Shown here piece by piece: positions 19,392-28,379 of a stretch of DNA of 58,756 bases. The DNA is taken from contig CAXTYC010000020.1 of the NCBI GenBank assembly GCA_964248365.1, forward strand, positions 30,490-89,245. Reading direction: 5' to 3'. The translations under genes and the position numbers were made by a program. Numbering within the stretch: the stretch's first letter is position 1; every line of letters begins with the position of its first letter. Under the pieces are notes generated by a model that worked only from the letters and a program-made list of their open reading frames with translations, was not told the DNA's origin and ran no database searches. This DNA is from an uncultured Chroococcidiopsis sp. (GTDB taxonomy: Bacteria > Cyanobacteriota > Cyanobacteriia > Cyanobacteriales > Chroococcidiopsidaceae).

Positions 19392-19760
19392 TCAGGACTT
19401 TGGAATTTTCTCTAGAGCTTCTTCCATCGAAGATCGTAAGGATAGAAACTGCTCTAAACGAACCAGCTTGACTGTTTGAGTTACCCTGGCATTGGTAACA
19501 ATTTGTGATGTTCCCCCAGCGCTTTGAGCCTGTTTTGCCAGTTGCACTAGAGCGCCTAAACCAGAGCTATCGACAAAGTCAATCTGGGAGAGATCTAGGA
19601 TAACGTGATGTGGTCCCTCTTCAATACACTTGCCAATTACCTTCCGAAAGGTTGGTTCAGAAAAGGCATCTAGTAAACCCGTAAGCCGGAATATTTGGTA
19701 GTTGTCCCGAACTTCACGAGTTCCTCTTAAGCTAACGGTTAGATTCAGTGGCTCAGCGAT
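19392..19760 (-). CDS. STAS domain anti-sigma factor antagonist with a non-canonical ATC/ATT start
   Basis: (I)AEPLNLTVSLRGTREV..GLLDAFS..LDLSQIDFVDSSGLGALV..; GAGGAGG SD then ATT ATC; in-frame TAA just upstream; missing from ORF track. Confidence 0.88.
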   Translation of the reverse strand: MAEPLNLTVSLRGTREVRDNYQIFRLTGLLDAFSEPTFRKVIGKCIEEGPHHVILDLSQIDFVDSSGLGALVQLAKQAQSAGGTSQIVTNARVTQTVKLVRLEQFLSLRSSMEEALEKIPKS

Positions 19761-19853
19761 AATTCCCTCCTCGCTGCATTATTGCTATATCGTTCTTTGA
19801 GTTGAGGCTAAAGTATAAATGCTTTTTTGTTACATTGTCTACAGTCAAGCGGT

Positions 19854-20219
19854 AGAAAATGAGGGACTAGGGGCTTGGGGCTGGGGGCTAGGGGAGGACA
19901 ACCCGACCAGGGGACAAGGGGAAGTATTCAAACCCCCTTTTTCCCCTCCTTTTGGTTGTCACCCCCTCCCCTCATCACAAGAGTCCCCCCTCCTCTTCTA
20001 GTCCCAAGCCTCTAGCCTCTAGCTCCTCAGAAAATGAGGGACTAGGGGCTTGGGGCTGGGGGCTAGGGGAGGACAACCCGACCAGGGGACAACCCGACCA
20101 GGGGACAAGGGGAAGTATTCAAACCCCCTTTTCCCCCCCCTTTTGGTTGTCACCCCCTCCCCTCATCACAAGAGTCCCCCCTCCTCTTCTAGTCCCAAGC
20201 CTCTAGCCTCTAGCCCCTC
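19854..20219. repeat. Tandem duplication of a ~175-bp STRR-flanked unit overlapping the carA 3' end
   Basis: Unit 1 19854-20028 and unit 2 20029-20219 are near-identical; unit 2 has an extra GGACAACCCGACCAGG. Confidence 0.92.
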
Positions 20220-21348
20220 GCATTGCTTGGACAAACTGCTCAAACAGGTAATCAGCATCGTGGGGACCAGGACTGGCTTCTGGGTGATATTGCACTGAGA
20301 AAAAAGGCAGAGATTTATGCCTTAATCCAGCAACTGTGCGATCGTTTAAGTTGAGGTGAGTAATTTCTACTTCAGCACCTGGTAGGGAGTCAGGATCGAT
20401 CGCAAAACCATGATTCTGGCTGGTGATTTCCACTCTTTGTCTCAAACCCGCTGGTTGATTTAAACCGCGATGTCCAAACTTGAGCTTGAAAGTTTCTGCA
20501 CCTAAAGCTCTACCCAGAATTTGATGCCCCATACAGATGCCGAAAATTGGTTTTTCGCTGCTTAGCAATGCCTTTGTTGTCGCAACGCCTTCGCTGACGG
20601 CAGCTGGATCGCCAGGACCATTGGAAAGAAAGATCCCATCAGGATTGTATTTAAGAATTTCTTCTGGTGGGGTGTGAGCAGGAACGACAATCACTCGGCA
20701 ACCGTAACTTGCTAGGCGGCGCAGAATATTGCGTTTGATGCCAAAGTCAATCGCAACAACGGTAAGGCTAGGATTACCATTTGTTTGGTCAGATGGGTTG
20801 AATTCCCAAATCGATGTAGTGGGATCAGACCATTCGTAAACGTTTGTGGTTGTGACTTCAGAGACGAGATTTAACCCTGCCATACCAGGAGCTGCTAAAA
20901 CTTGCTCTAGCAACTCGGTTTCATCAAGAATTTCGGTAGAAATGCCACCGTTCATCGCACCCAAAGCACGGATTTTTCGGGTAAGGGAGCGGGTATCAAT
21001 GCCGTAAATTCCTGGGATATTGTGCTGTTTGAGATAGTCGGGCAAGCTAGCAGTTGATCGCCAGTTACTAGGACGATAGCAGATGTTTCGCGCGATCGCT
21101 CCCCGCACTTGGGGGCGGTTGGATTCTTCATCCTCTAAATTCACACCTGTATTACCCAGTTCTGGATAAGTAAAAGTAACTATCTGACCGCAATAACTGG
21201 GATCTGTCAATACTTCTTGATAACCCGTCATCCCAGTGTTAAACACCACTTCCCCGATCGTGGTTCCGGTAGCACCAAAAGACCATCCACGATAAGTAGT
21301 TCCATCAGCAAGGACGAGTAAAGCTGGTTTAGCATCAACAGAGGGCAT
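20203..21348 (-). CDS. carA: Carbamoyl-phosphate synthase small subunit
   Basis: [44 protein letters not shown]; start set at MPSVDAK. Confidence 0.97.
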   Translation of the reverse strand: MPSVDAKPALLVLADGTTYRGWSFGATGTTIGEVVFNTGMTGYQEVLTDPSYCGQIVTFTYPELGNTGVNLEDEESNRPQVRGAIARNICYRPSNWRSTASLPDYLKQHNIPGIYGIDTRSLTRKIRALGAMNGGISTEILDETELLEQVLAAPGMAGLNLVSEVTTTNVYEWSDPTTSIWEFNPSDQTNGNPSLTVVAIDFGIKRNILRRLASYGCRVIVVPAHTPPEEILKYNPDGIFLSNGPGDPAAVSEGVATTKALLSSEKPIFGICMGHQILGRALGAETFKLKFGHRGLNQPAGLRQRVEITSQNHGFAIDPDSLPGAEVEITHLNLNDRTVAGLRHKSLPFFSVQYHPEASPGPHDADYLFEQFVQAMRGARG

Positions 21349-21487
21349 AGTAATTCGTACTTCGTAACTGGTAATTCGTAATTCTACCGTAGCCACTAGC
21401 TACTAGTTCTAGCTACTATACATTGTGTTTAAATTGAAATAAGTAGCAAAAACAACTCAAGCGTGTGCTGGCTGGTACCCAGGACCT

Positions 21488-22411
21488 ATGCTCAAGCGTT
21501 CGACTTCTCTTGTAGCACTAATTTTTCTCTCAGGTACACTGGCACTGATTGGAGTTGCCTGTAGCAGCGACAAACAGACAAGACTTAGCCAAAAAGCTCA
21601 ACCATACTCGCTAAACACTGCTCCTGGTGCTACGGCGCAGCCCAAGCAGCCGAAGGCAAGAGTTGCTCCCGCCCCCAAATCAGTATCAGCGTCGCCTCAA
21701 CCGAGTTCTTACGACCGCGCCTTAGACAAGGCTGATGGTGCGCTTAGCATCAGTCAGTCAGCTCAATCGTCATACGATTGGCAGCTAGTGGCAAGTCAGT
21801 GGGCTGAAGCGATCGCCTTGATGCAAACACTACCAAATAATAGCCCCTACAAAGCGATCGCCAAAACAAAAATTGCCCAGTACCAACGATATCTCCTCCA
21901 TGCCCAGCAGCAAGCAAATCATACCATCGAGTCAAACCCTGATAGCACCGCCGCTCCTATTGGCGATCCTGCTTCACAAATCCAAGCATCAGATCAAGAA
22001 TCTCCAGCAGTGGACTTAGAAGTACCACCACCAGATCAATTGGTGTTTCAAGCCGCGATCAAACGGCGAATTGGCGGCACACCTGTGATTGATGTAACTT
22101 TCAATGGCACTCAAAAATGTGAGATGATTGTCGATACTGGCGCAAGTGGAACTGTCTTGACTCAAGAAAGTGCTAATGCTATGGGATTAGTGCCAGTAGC
22201 CAAGGCAAAAGCAAATACTGCAAGTGCCAAAGCCGTAGAATTTCCCATTGGCATTGTTGATTCTATCCAAGTTGGTGGAGCATTAGTTAAAAATGTACCA
22301 GTAGCGATCGCTCCTGCTTCAGTCCTAGAAACTGGACTACTCGGACACGACTTCTTTGGCAATTACGATGTGACAATTAAACGTGATGTAGTTGAATTTC
22401 GCCCCCGATAA
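21488..22411 (+). CDS. Lipoprotein with a C-terminal retropepsin-like (clan AA) aspartic protease domain
   Basis: Lipobox-like GVAC, helical middle region, IVDTGAS, GLLGHDFF. Confidence 0.85.
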   Translation: MLKRSTSLVALIFLSGTLALIGVACSSDKQTRLSQKAQPYSLNTAPGATAQPKQPKARVAPAPKSVSASPQPSSYDRALDKADGALSISQSAQSSYDWQLVASQWAEAIALMQTLPNNSPYKAIAKTKIAQYQRYLLHAQQQANHTIESNPDSTAAPIGDPASQIQASDQESPAVDLEVPPPDQLVFQAAIKRRIGGTPVIDVTFNGTQKCEMIVDTGASGTVLTQESANAMGLVPVAKAKANTASAKAVEFPIGIVDSIQVGGALVKNVPVAIAPASVLETGLLGHDFFGNYDVTIKRDVVEFRPR

Positions 22412-22469
22412 GAGAGATGGGGGAGCAGGGGAAGCTGGGAGAGCGGGGGGAGAATAACGAATTTAGTTT

Positions 22470-22778
22470 TCATTCGAGCAGAGTATTTATTATTTCTCTA
22501 CAAGCTTCTACCATTTGCTCTTTTACTAAAGAAATATATTGATTTTTTTCCTTGTCTAGTCTGGATAAAACTTCTGGATTCCATTGTTCTCTTTCTGCTT
22601 GGGCAATAGGAAAAACATCTGTTTCGGACACTATTCCTCTTAGTACAAGAAATGCTAATGGTGGCTTTTCTAATTTATGTTGAAAATACACTAATTTCCG
22701 ACATCCATCTAACACATCTATTTTCTCATTAATTATTTGATTAGCAATTTATATAATTTCTGTTTTGATACTTCTCAT
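22470..22778 (-). pseudogene. Small helical hypothetical protein (DUF2489-like) with an in-frame stop
   Basis: MRSIKTEII*IANQIINEKIDVLDGCRKL..GIVSETDVFP..WNPEVL; TAA at 22749-22751. Confidence 0.5.
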
Positions 22779-23046
22779 TTTTTCATCTCTAACGAGGGAT
22801 TTGACAACAGCCTCGCTTTCAATTTTTCGTTCGTTCAAAATCTTTTACTACCAATGAGGTTCAATATGTGTAATTCAATGTTTTATTAACTTAAATAAGA
22901 TTTTACAGAATAAATAGTAAAATTACTGAAGCAGTTGTAATTGAACCAAGAGTAATTTAATACAAGAAATTGTATTGGTATTGCAAATTATCATTCATGG
23001 TTAATTGCTATTAACTATAACAATTAACAATCTTTAAGGAAATTTT

Positions 23047-23601
23047 ATGAAAAAATTGCTAAAGCTACTTATTCCACTTGCCGGAGTTACCTTATTTCAT
23101 ACTGCTGGGATTATTTTCGCCCAACAAGCGGCGATCGCGCAGGAAGCTGGGGGATGCTTTATGGTTAATTCCTCCAATCAAATGGTCGATTTATCTACTC
23201 TTTGCGGCGGTAAAGCTAAAAAAGCATCAACAAACCCAAAAGTATTTCAAGCTAAAATCAAACGCCGCGACGGTGGCGTACCAGTTATTGATGTGACTTT
23301 TAACGGTAAACAGAAATTCGAGATGCTGTTAGATACTGGCGCTAGTCAAACAATGATTACTCAGGAGATGGCAAATGCACTGGGAGTGGTTCGAGCTGGT
23401 ACACAAAAATTTAGTGTTGCTAGTGGAGATGTGATAGAATCCCCAGTGGGAAGTGTAGCTTCTATTCGAGTAGGCACTGCTACAGTCAACGAAGCTCAGG
23501 TGTCAATCGGTGCAACTCCACTCTTAGGACAAAATTTCTTTGGCGGATATGATGTGATTATTAGGCGAGACGTGGTTGAATTTCACGCTCAGGGTTCCTG
23601 A
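23047..23601 (+). CDS. Secreted retropepsin-like aspartic protease
   Basis: Signal peptide, CFMVNSSNQMVDLSTLC, LLDTGAS, LLGQNFF; paralogous to the C-terminus of 21488-22411. Confidence 0.87.
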   Translation: MKKLLKLLIPLAGVTLFHTAGIIFAQQAAIAQEAGGCFMVNSSNQMVDLSTLCGGKAKKASTNPKVFQAKIKRRDGGVPVIDVTFNGKQKFEMLLDTGASQTMITQEMANALGVVRAGTQKFSVASGDVIESPVGSVASIRVGTATVNEAQVSIGATPLLGQNFFGGYDVIIRRDVVEFHAQGS

Positions 23602-23771
23602 AGAAATTGCACCAGCTGCTGTAACTTTAACTAAGTTTTACCACAGGGATATGTTGGGTTGAGAATTAGCGAAACCCAACATACAAAATCTTGCGATCGC
23701 GCTAAGTTATGGGTAACTGTGGCTCATGATGGAAAAATATGGAATGTATTTCCCCTAAACGATAACTAGAA

Positions 23772-24008
23772 ATGTCGTTTAGTAATGTGACAGTCCGCCT
23801 AAAAACTGGAGGATGGAAAATGCTTGCTGATGTTGAAGGAAACTTAACAATTACTTTAAGAGAAAATATTTTCTTTGATGAAGAGTATATCCTTCTGCTT
23901 GAGCTAGCAGTAGCATTGATTAGATGGGTGAAGAAAGAGGTATTACACCGAGAGTCCGAAAGGCAGGATAATCCTGACCGAGTAGATGACACACTAGGAG
24001 CGTGGTGA
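23772..24008 (+). CDS. Hypothetical protein fragment whose 3' end runs into intron-derived sequence
   Basis: Protein-like N-part (DVEGNLTI..ILLLELAVALIRW); the last codons overlap intron domain V. Confidence 0.35.
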   Translation: MSFSNVTVRLKTGGWKMLADVEGNLTITLRENIFFDEEYILLLELAVALIRWVKKEVLHRESERQDNPDRVDDTLGAW

Positions 24009-24074
24009 GGGGAAACTTTCACGCCACGTTCTGAAGCAGAGGGGTGGGACAGTAACGTCCCCCTCGACTCTAAT
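23940..24074 (+). mobile_element. Group II intron 3' remnant (domains V and VI)
   Basis: 34-nt DV GAGCGTGGTGAGGGGAAACTTTCACGCCACGTTC (23998-24031) with AGC triad; DVI GAGGGG..GGGACAGTAACGTCCC..CCTCGACTCTAAT with bulged A and AY end; 5' boundary approximate. Confidence 0.85.
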
Positions 24075-24559
24075 CACTATTCACTATTAACCCAGGGATT
24101 AACTTGCCTTAAGGTTGTGGGTTTATCTTATCTAGTGCAACACCTATGTTTGAAAACAAGTATTCATCTTTATAAGTAGCACTAGAGAGAACAGTAAGCT
24201 TGATCTGCCAGGATTACAAATTCCTACCATTGATTAGAGTTTTTGTCAAGGAATTAATTATACAAAGCTCTAGGGTGGGTTGCTGGAAAATCAGAACCTC
24301 CAGTGGCTTTTATAGCGATCAAAAAATCAGCGAATGGCTATTCAAAACTTACATCTCTTCGGGGCTGTGGATGAGTACGGGTTTTCCAACTGCCGATGGC
24401 GGCGAGAGATCTTCAAGCATAGGGTACAACTGGGCGTTGCAGAGATTTACCAGGTGGCTGACATTATTTTTAAGACGGAAAATCTTAGGAATAGTCAAGA
24501 AATGAAGCGGCGGCGAGGGCAATCCTGATGCCGACACAAGGAGCGCCCAAAAGCCTTCA

Positions 24560-24706
24560 TTGGATTTGCCATTGTTCACGACATTCTCACTGCCACAATC
24601 AGGACAACACACAAAGCTCTAAAACTATCTCCTCACCTGCTGTCAATCAACTACTCTAATAACAGCAGATCTTCTTTCCAGATTTCAACAGGTGTAGAAC
24701 ACTACC
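24560..24706 (-). mobile_element. IS1-family left-end remnant
   Basis: Terminus GGTAGTGTTCTACAC followed by InsA-type zinc ribbon CPDCGSENVVNNGKS; truncated. Confidence 0.65.
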
Positions 24707-24730
24707 AGAGACAACACAACCTTCTTCCGG

Positions 24731-25381
24731 TCAATTTTTCAAATGAGATCGCAATGACTGAGCGAATAGAGCCGCTTGAGTGCGATCGCGCAAATTTAAG
24801 CGACTCAGAATATTTGTAATATAGTTTTTCACCGTATTTTCGGCAAGGAACAGTGCTTGAGCAATCTCACGATTATTTGCGCCTCTAGCAAGTAAATGTA
24901 ACACTTCTAATTCTCTTGGCGTAAGTTGCGCTAATTCTGGTGGTGGTTGAACTGGTGGAGTCAGTGTTGGAGTTGTCATCAGCGCTTTTTCAAACAATCC
25001 AGGACCGAGTTGAGTATGTCCTTTGTAGACTGCTCGAATTGCCAGTGCGAGTTCATCGGGTTCGGTATCTTTGAGCAAATAACCTTTCGCACCTAAGCGC
25101 ATTGCCTGCGAAACATACTCATCATCATCGAAAGTGGTCAGTACTAAAACCTTAACGTTGGGATACTGCTGAGCAATAGCCCCTGTCGCCGCCACACCAT
25201 CCATCACAGGCATTCGGATATCCATCAGCACGATATCGGGTTGTAGCGTCGGAATCTGGTCGAGCGCTCGTTGCCCATTTTCTGCCTCACCGATCACTTG
25301 CATATCATCGTTGGACTCCAGCATACTCTTGAGTCCCTGACGAATAAGATATTGATCGTCAACTAATAAAATCCGAATCAT
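24731..25381 (-). CDS. NarL/LuxR family response regulator
   Basis: MIRILLVDDQ, DIVLMDIRMP, LTPRELEVL..NREIA..TVKNYITNIL. Confidence 0.95.
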   Translation of the reverse strand: MIRILLVDDQYLIRQGLKSMLESNDDMQVIGEAENGQRALDQIPTLQPDIVLMDIRMPVMDGVAATGAIAQQYPNVKVLVLTTFDDDEYVSQAMRLGAKGYLLKDTEPDELALAIRAVYKGHTQLGPGLFEKALMTTPTLTPPVQPPPELAQLTPRELEVLHLLARGANNREIAQALFLAENTVKNYITNILSRLNLRDRTQAALFAQSLRSHLKN

Positions 25382-26580
25382 GACAATAGTTTTGCAAGTG
25401 GAAATGTAACCGAGATGCGACAACCTGTACCTGGTTGACTGTCAAGATGGAAATTTCCTCCCAACGCGGCTGAGCGTTCCCGCATTCCCTGAAGTCCAAA
25501 CCCAGTTGTATTTCGATCGGGATGAAACCCTTTGCCATTATCCTCAATCGACAAATAAATTGTGCCTGCGTGTTGTTGAAGCTCTACGGAAACTGCTGTA
25601 GCCTGAGCGTGTTTGTAGATATTGGTCAGCGATTCTTGCACGATGCGAAATAGAGTTGTGTTGACTTCTGGGGATAGAGAGAACCCAAGTGCGATCGCGC
25701 AATTGGGTTGAATTCCGGTCGTTTGCTGAAAATCTGTTAGCAACTTTTGAATTGCAGATTCAAGGGAGTGTCCCTGTAAAGGATTCGATCGCAATACGGC
25801 AACCGAGCGCCGCACTTCAAGTAATGCCTCAGCACCTAATTGTTTTGCCTGTTTGAGGAACGTCAAGGCTTTATCATGACTCGATTGCCAAAATAGCAAA
25901 GCGTTATTAATTTGAATCGTCTGAGCCGCTAGGGTATGTCCGAGTCCATCATGAATTTCACGAGCAATTCGGTTACGCTCTTGTAAAGTCGCCTGGTCTT
26001 CAATTCGCAGTGCATACTCTCTGAGCTGCTGGTGGGCGATCGCTAATTCCTGATGCGCTATTTCTAACTGCTCTCGACTTTGCCGTTCAGAAAGTAACGT
26101 ATTAATCAGCAGCAAAGCAAATACGAGTGTCAGCGCAAACATTAATACAGAATTCAATCGCCAATTCCAGGCTGAGGCGATCGAATGTCCAGATACAATC
26201 GGTCTAGTTAAGAACAGCGTGCCAAACAAAAGTAGGGTCAAGCCAAGAATGATCCATTGTCCAGTTTGGCGAAACACTAGACAATTTCGCATCACTAGCA
26301 CGAGCGATAGCAGGAAAACCGAGCGAGTCGATAAATTGTCTTGACTGGCTAACAACAAAATTAAGCCGAATTCCAAAGCGGTATACAGCCATTTTGTCAC
26401 CCGTCCACCCGTTGGGAGCCGAAAGCTCATTAAACCGAAAGCCGCGATCACCAATACTCGCAACAGTAACGACCAGGACAATTGGAACGGCAGCAGCAGT
26501 TCCATAACTACGACCGTGCCGAGTAGCAGCCACTCCAAGTAGAGCAACAAGCGAAACGATTGGTAAGTCGGGCGACCCAT
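25378..26580 (-). CDS. Membrane sensor histidine kinase (HisKA_3 type)
   Basis: Multiple TM helices, ERNRIAREIHDGLGH, QESLTNIYKHA, DNGKGF, GFGLQGMRER; start uncertain (26580-26700). Confidence 0.93.
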   Translation of the reverse strand: MGRPTYQSFRLLLYLEWLLLGTVVVMELLLPFQLSWSLLLRVLVIAAFGLMSFRLPTGGRVTKWLYTALEFGLILLLASQDNLSTRSVFLLSLVLVMRNCLVFRQTGQWIILGLTLLLFGTLFLTRPIVSGHSIASAWNWRLNSVLMFALTLVFALLLINTLLSERQSREQLEIAHQELAIAHQQLREYALRIEDQATLQERNRIAREIHDGLGHTLAAQTIQINNALLFWQSSHDKALTFLKQAKQLGAEALLEVRRSVAVLRSNPLQGHSLESAIQKLLTDFQQTTGIQPNCAIALGFSLSPEVNTTLFRIVQESLTNIYKHAQATAVSVELQQHAGTIYLSIEDNGKGFHPDRNTTGFGLQGMRERSAALGGNFHLDSQPGTGCRISVTFPLAKLLS

Positions 26581-26915
26581 AGTACTATTCCAGATCGAGC
26601 GCTGGAGTAACGAAACCAGCCACATTTTCTCGATCTTATAGGGGAAGGAGTCAAACAACACATTAGCCCCCTTTGAACGCTTAAATTCCAACCAAATCAA
26701 ACAATCTTCACAGCTATCCCACTTTCTTCTATAACGAATTTTTCTTCTATGTCGATAGAGCTATTTCGACTAATTGATGCTGTTGGAACTAGGAAAAAAG
26801 TCATAATTTATTTAGTCATTTTTGACCGCTCAAGTCAGGAGTTCTGCCAGGTGCAAAGCGCAATTGCAAGTTTATAAGATTGAGTAGTGTTTATGGCATT
26901 GCTTGGAGGTTTGCT

Positions 26916-28379
26916 ATGACTCAGGAAATTCCGACTGAAATTCCAAATGAAATTCCCACTCGGAATTTGACTGGGAGCGAGCTGCAACCAGTATCCCGCA
27001 GCTTGTCTAAACGGCGAATTGGACTGATCGTGTTGGGCGTGCTGTTGCTTGGTACGCTGGGTTTCGTGGGAATACGTGTGAGAGAAGGCAAGCCTGACAA
27101 AGCCCAAAGAAATAGTAGAGAGCAAATTACCCCTGTAACTGTTGCCACCGTAATGCAAAAAACGGTTCCCGTGCAATTACAAGCGATCGGCAACGTGCAA
27201 GCTGCCTCTACAGTATCGATAACGCCCCAAGCAAGCGGACGCATTACCGGAGTGTATTTCCAGAAAGGTCAGGACGTGCGTAAAGGGCAACTTCTGTTTA
27301 CACTCGACGATCGCACTCAACTTGCCGCAATTCAACAAGCAAGAGGGACGGTGGCAAAAGATCAAGCACAGGTGCAACAAGCAAGAGCGACGCTTGGCAG
27401 GGACTTAGGAGCGGTAAGACAAGCCCAAGCAACCTTAGCAAAAGATGAAGCACAGGCGCAATTCGCCCAGGCACAAAACAAACGCTACAGCAACTTATAC
27501 AGCCAGGGCGCTATTAGCTTGGATCAGGCACAGCAATACTCAGCCAATAATAAAGTTTCAGCGGCAACGCTTCAGGCAGATCGAGAAGCGATCGCCAATG
27601 CTCAGGAGGTTGTGAAGGGCGATCAAGCGGCGATTGTGAACGCGCAAGCCGTAGTTAGTGCAGACGAGGGAGTATTAAAAAATGCCCAAGTGCAGTTGAC
27701 ATACAGCAAAATCTATGCACCCATCGACGGTCGGGCAGGAAATATTCTGGTAACTGAAGGTAATGTGGTGCAGGCAAACAGCACCAATCCCTTAGTGACG
27801 ATCGCTCAGATTCGTCCAATTCAGGTGGCGTTTTCTGTTCCCGAATCAAATCTACCCGAAATCCAAAAGCACATGGAAAATGGCAAGTTGAAGGTAGCGG
27901 TCACGTTTCCTGGCAATAATGTTCCCATAACTGGGGTTTTATCGTTTGTGAATAACACAGTCGATACCAGCACGGGAACGATTCAACTGATGGGTAATTT
28001 TGACAATACTCAGGGACAACTGTTTCCAGGTCAATTCGTAAATACCACGCTGACGCTAACGCAAGAACCAAATGCAACCGTAGTTCCGGCTCAAGCCGTG
28101 CAGAATGGACCCAATGGACAATTTGTGTTTGTGGTTAAACCTGACAATACTGTGGAAAACGTGCCAGTGGTCGCCAGCAGTACCGTTGATGGGCTAGATG
28201 TGGTGCAAAAAGGAGTCCAACCAGGGGACAAAGTTGTAACTGACGGACAAGCAAATCTGGTTTCAGGTAGCAAAATTCGCATCAAAACTGCTGGTAATGA
28301 TGCAGCAAGCGATCGCCCGAAATCGGGAAGACACCATCAACAAGATAATTCCTCACAATCGGCTGGAGGGAATTCATGA
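26916..28379 (+). CDS. RND efflux periplasmic adaptor (MdtA-like)
   Basis: N-terminal TM, GQDVRKGQLLF lipoyl half, long helical hairpin, IYAPIDGR, FPGQFV. Confidence 0.93.
   Translation: MTQEIPTEIPNEIPTRNLTGSELQPVSRSLSKRRIGLIVLGVLLLGTLGFVGIRVREGKPDKAQRNSREQITPVTVATVMQKTVPVQLQAIGNVQAASTVSITPQASGRITGVYFQKGQDVRKGQLLFTLDDRTQLAAIQQARGTVAKDQAQVQQARATLGRDLGAVRQAQATLAKDEAQAQFAQAQNKRYSNLYSQGAISLDQAQQYSANNKVSAATLQADREAIANAQEVVKGDQAAIVNAQAVVSADEGVLKNAQVQLTYSKIYAPIDGRAGNILVTEGNVVQANSTNPLVTIAQIRPIQVAFSVPESNLPEIQKHMENGKLKVAVTFPGNNVPITGVLSFVNNTVDTSTGTIQLMGNFDNTQGQLFPGQFVNTTLTLTQEPNATVVPAQAVQNGPNGQFVFVVKPDNTVENVPVVASSTVDGLDVVQKGVQPGDKVVTDGQANLVSGSKIRIKTAGNDAASDRPKSGRHHQQDNSSQSAGGNS

Noticed and set aside
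19854..20219. CRISPR array, or the ORFs 19819-20001, 19952-20206 and 20050-20298
   Set aside because: Only two long units with no unique spacers and no cas genes; the ORFs are low-complexity translations of repeat DNA
17187..21348. rlmB and Mini-III as members of the RtcB RNA-repair system
   Set aside because: Opposite strand, convergent, and part of an ordinary housekeeping arrangement; proximity is likely coincidental
24200..24560. Overlapping short ORFs next to the IS1 remnant
   Set aside because: No recognisable motif; mutually overlapping; cannot be supported
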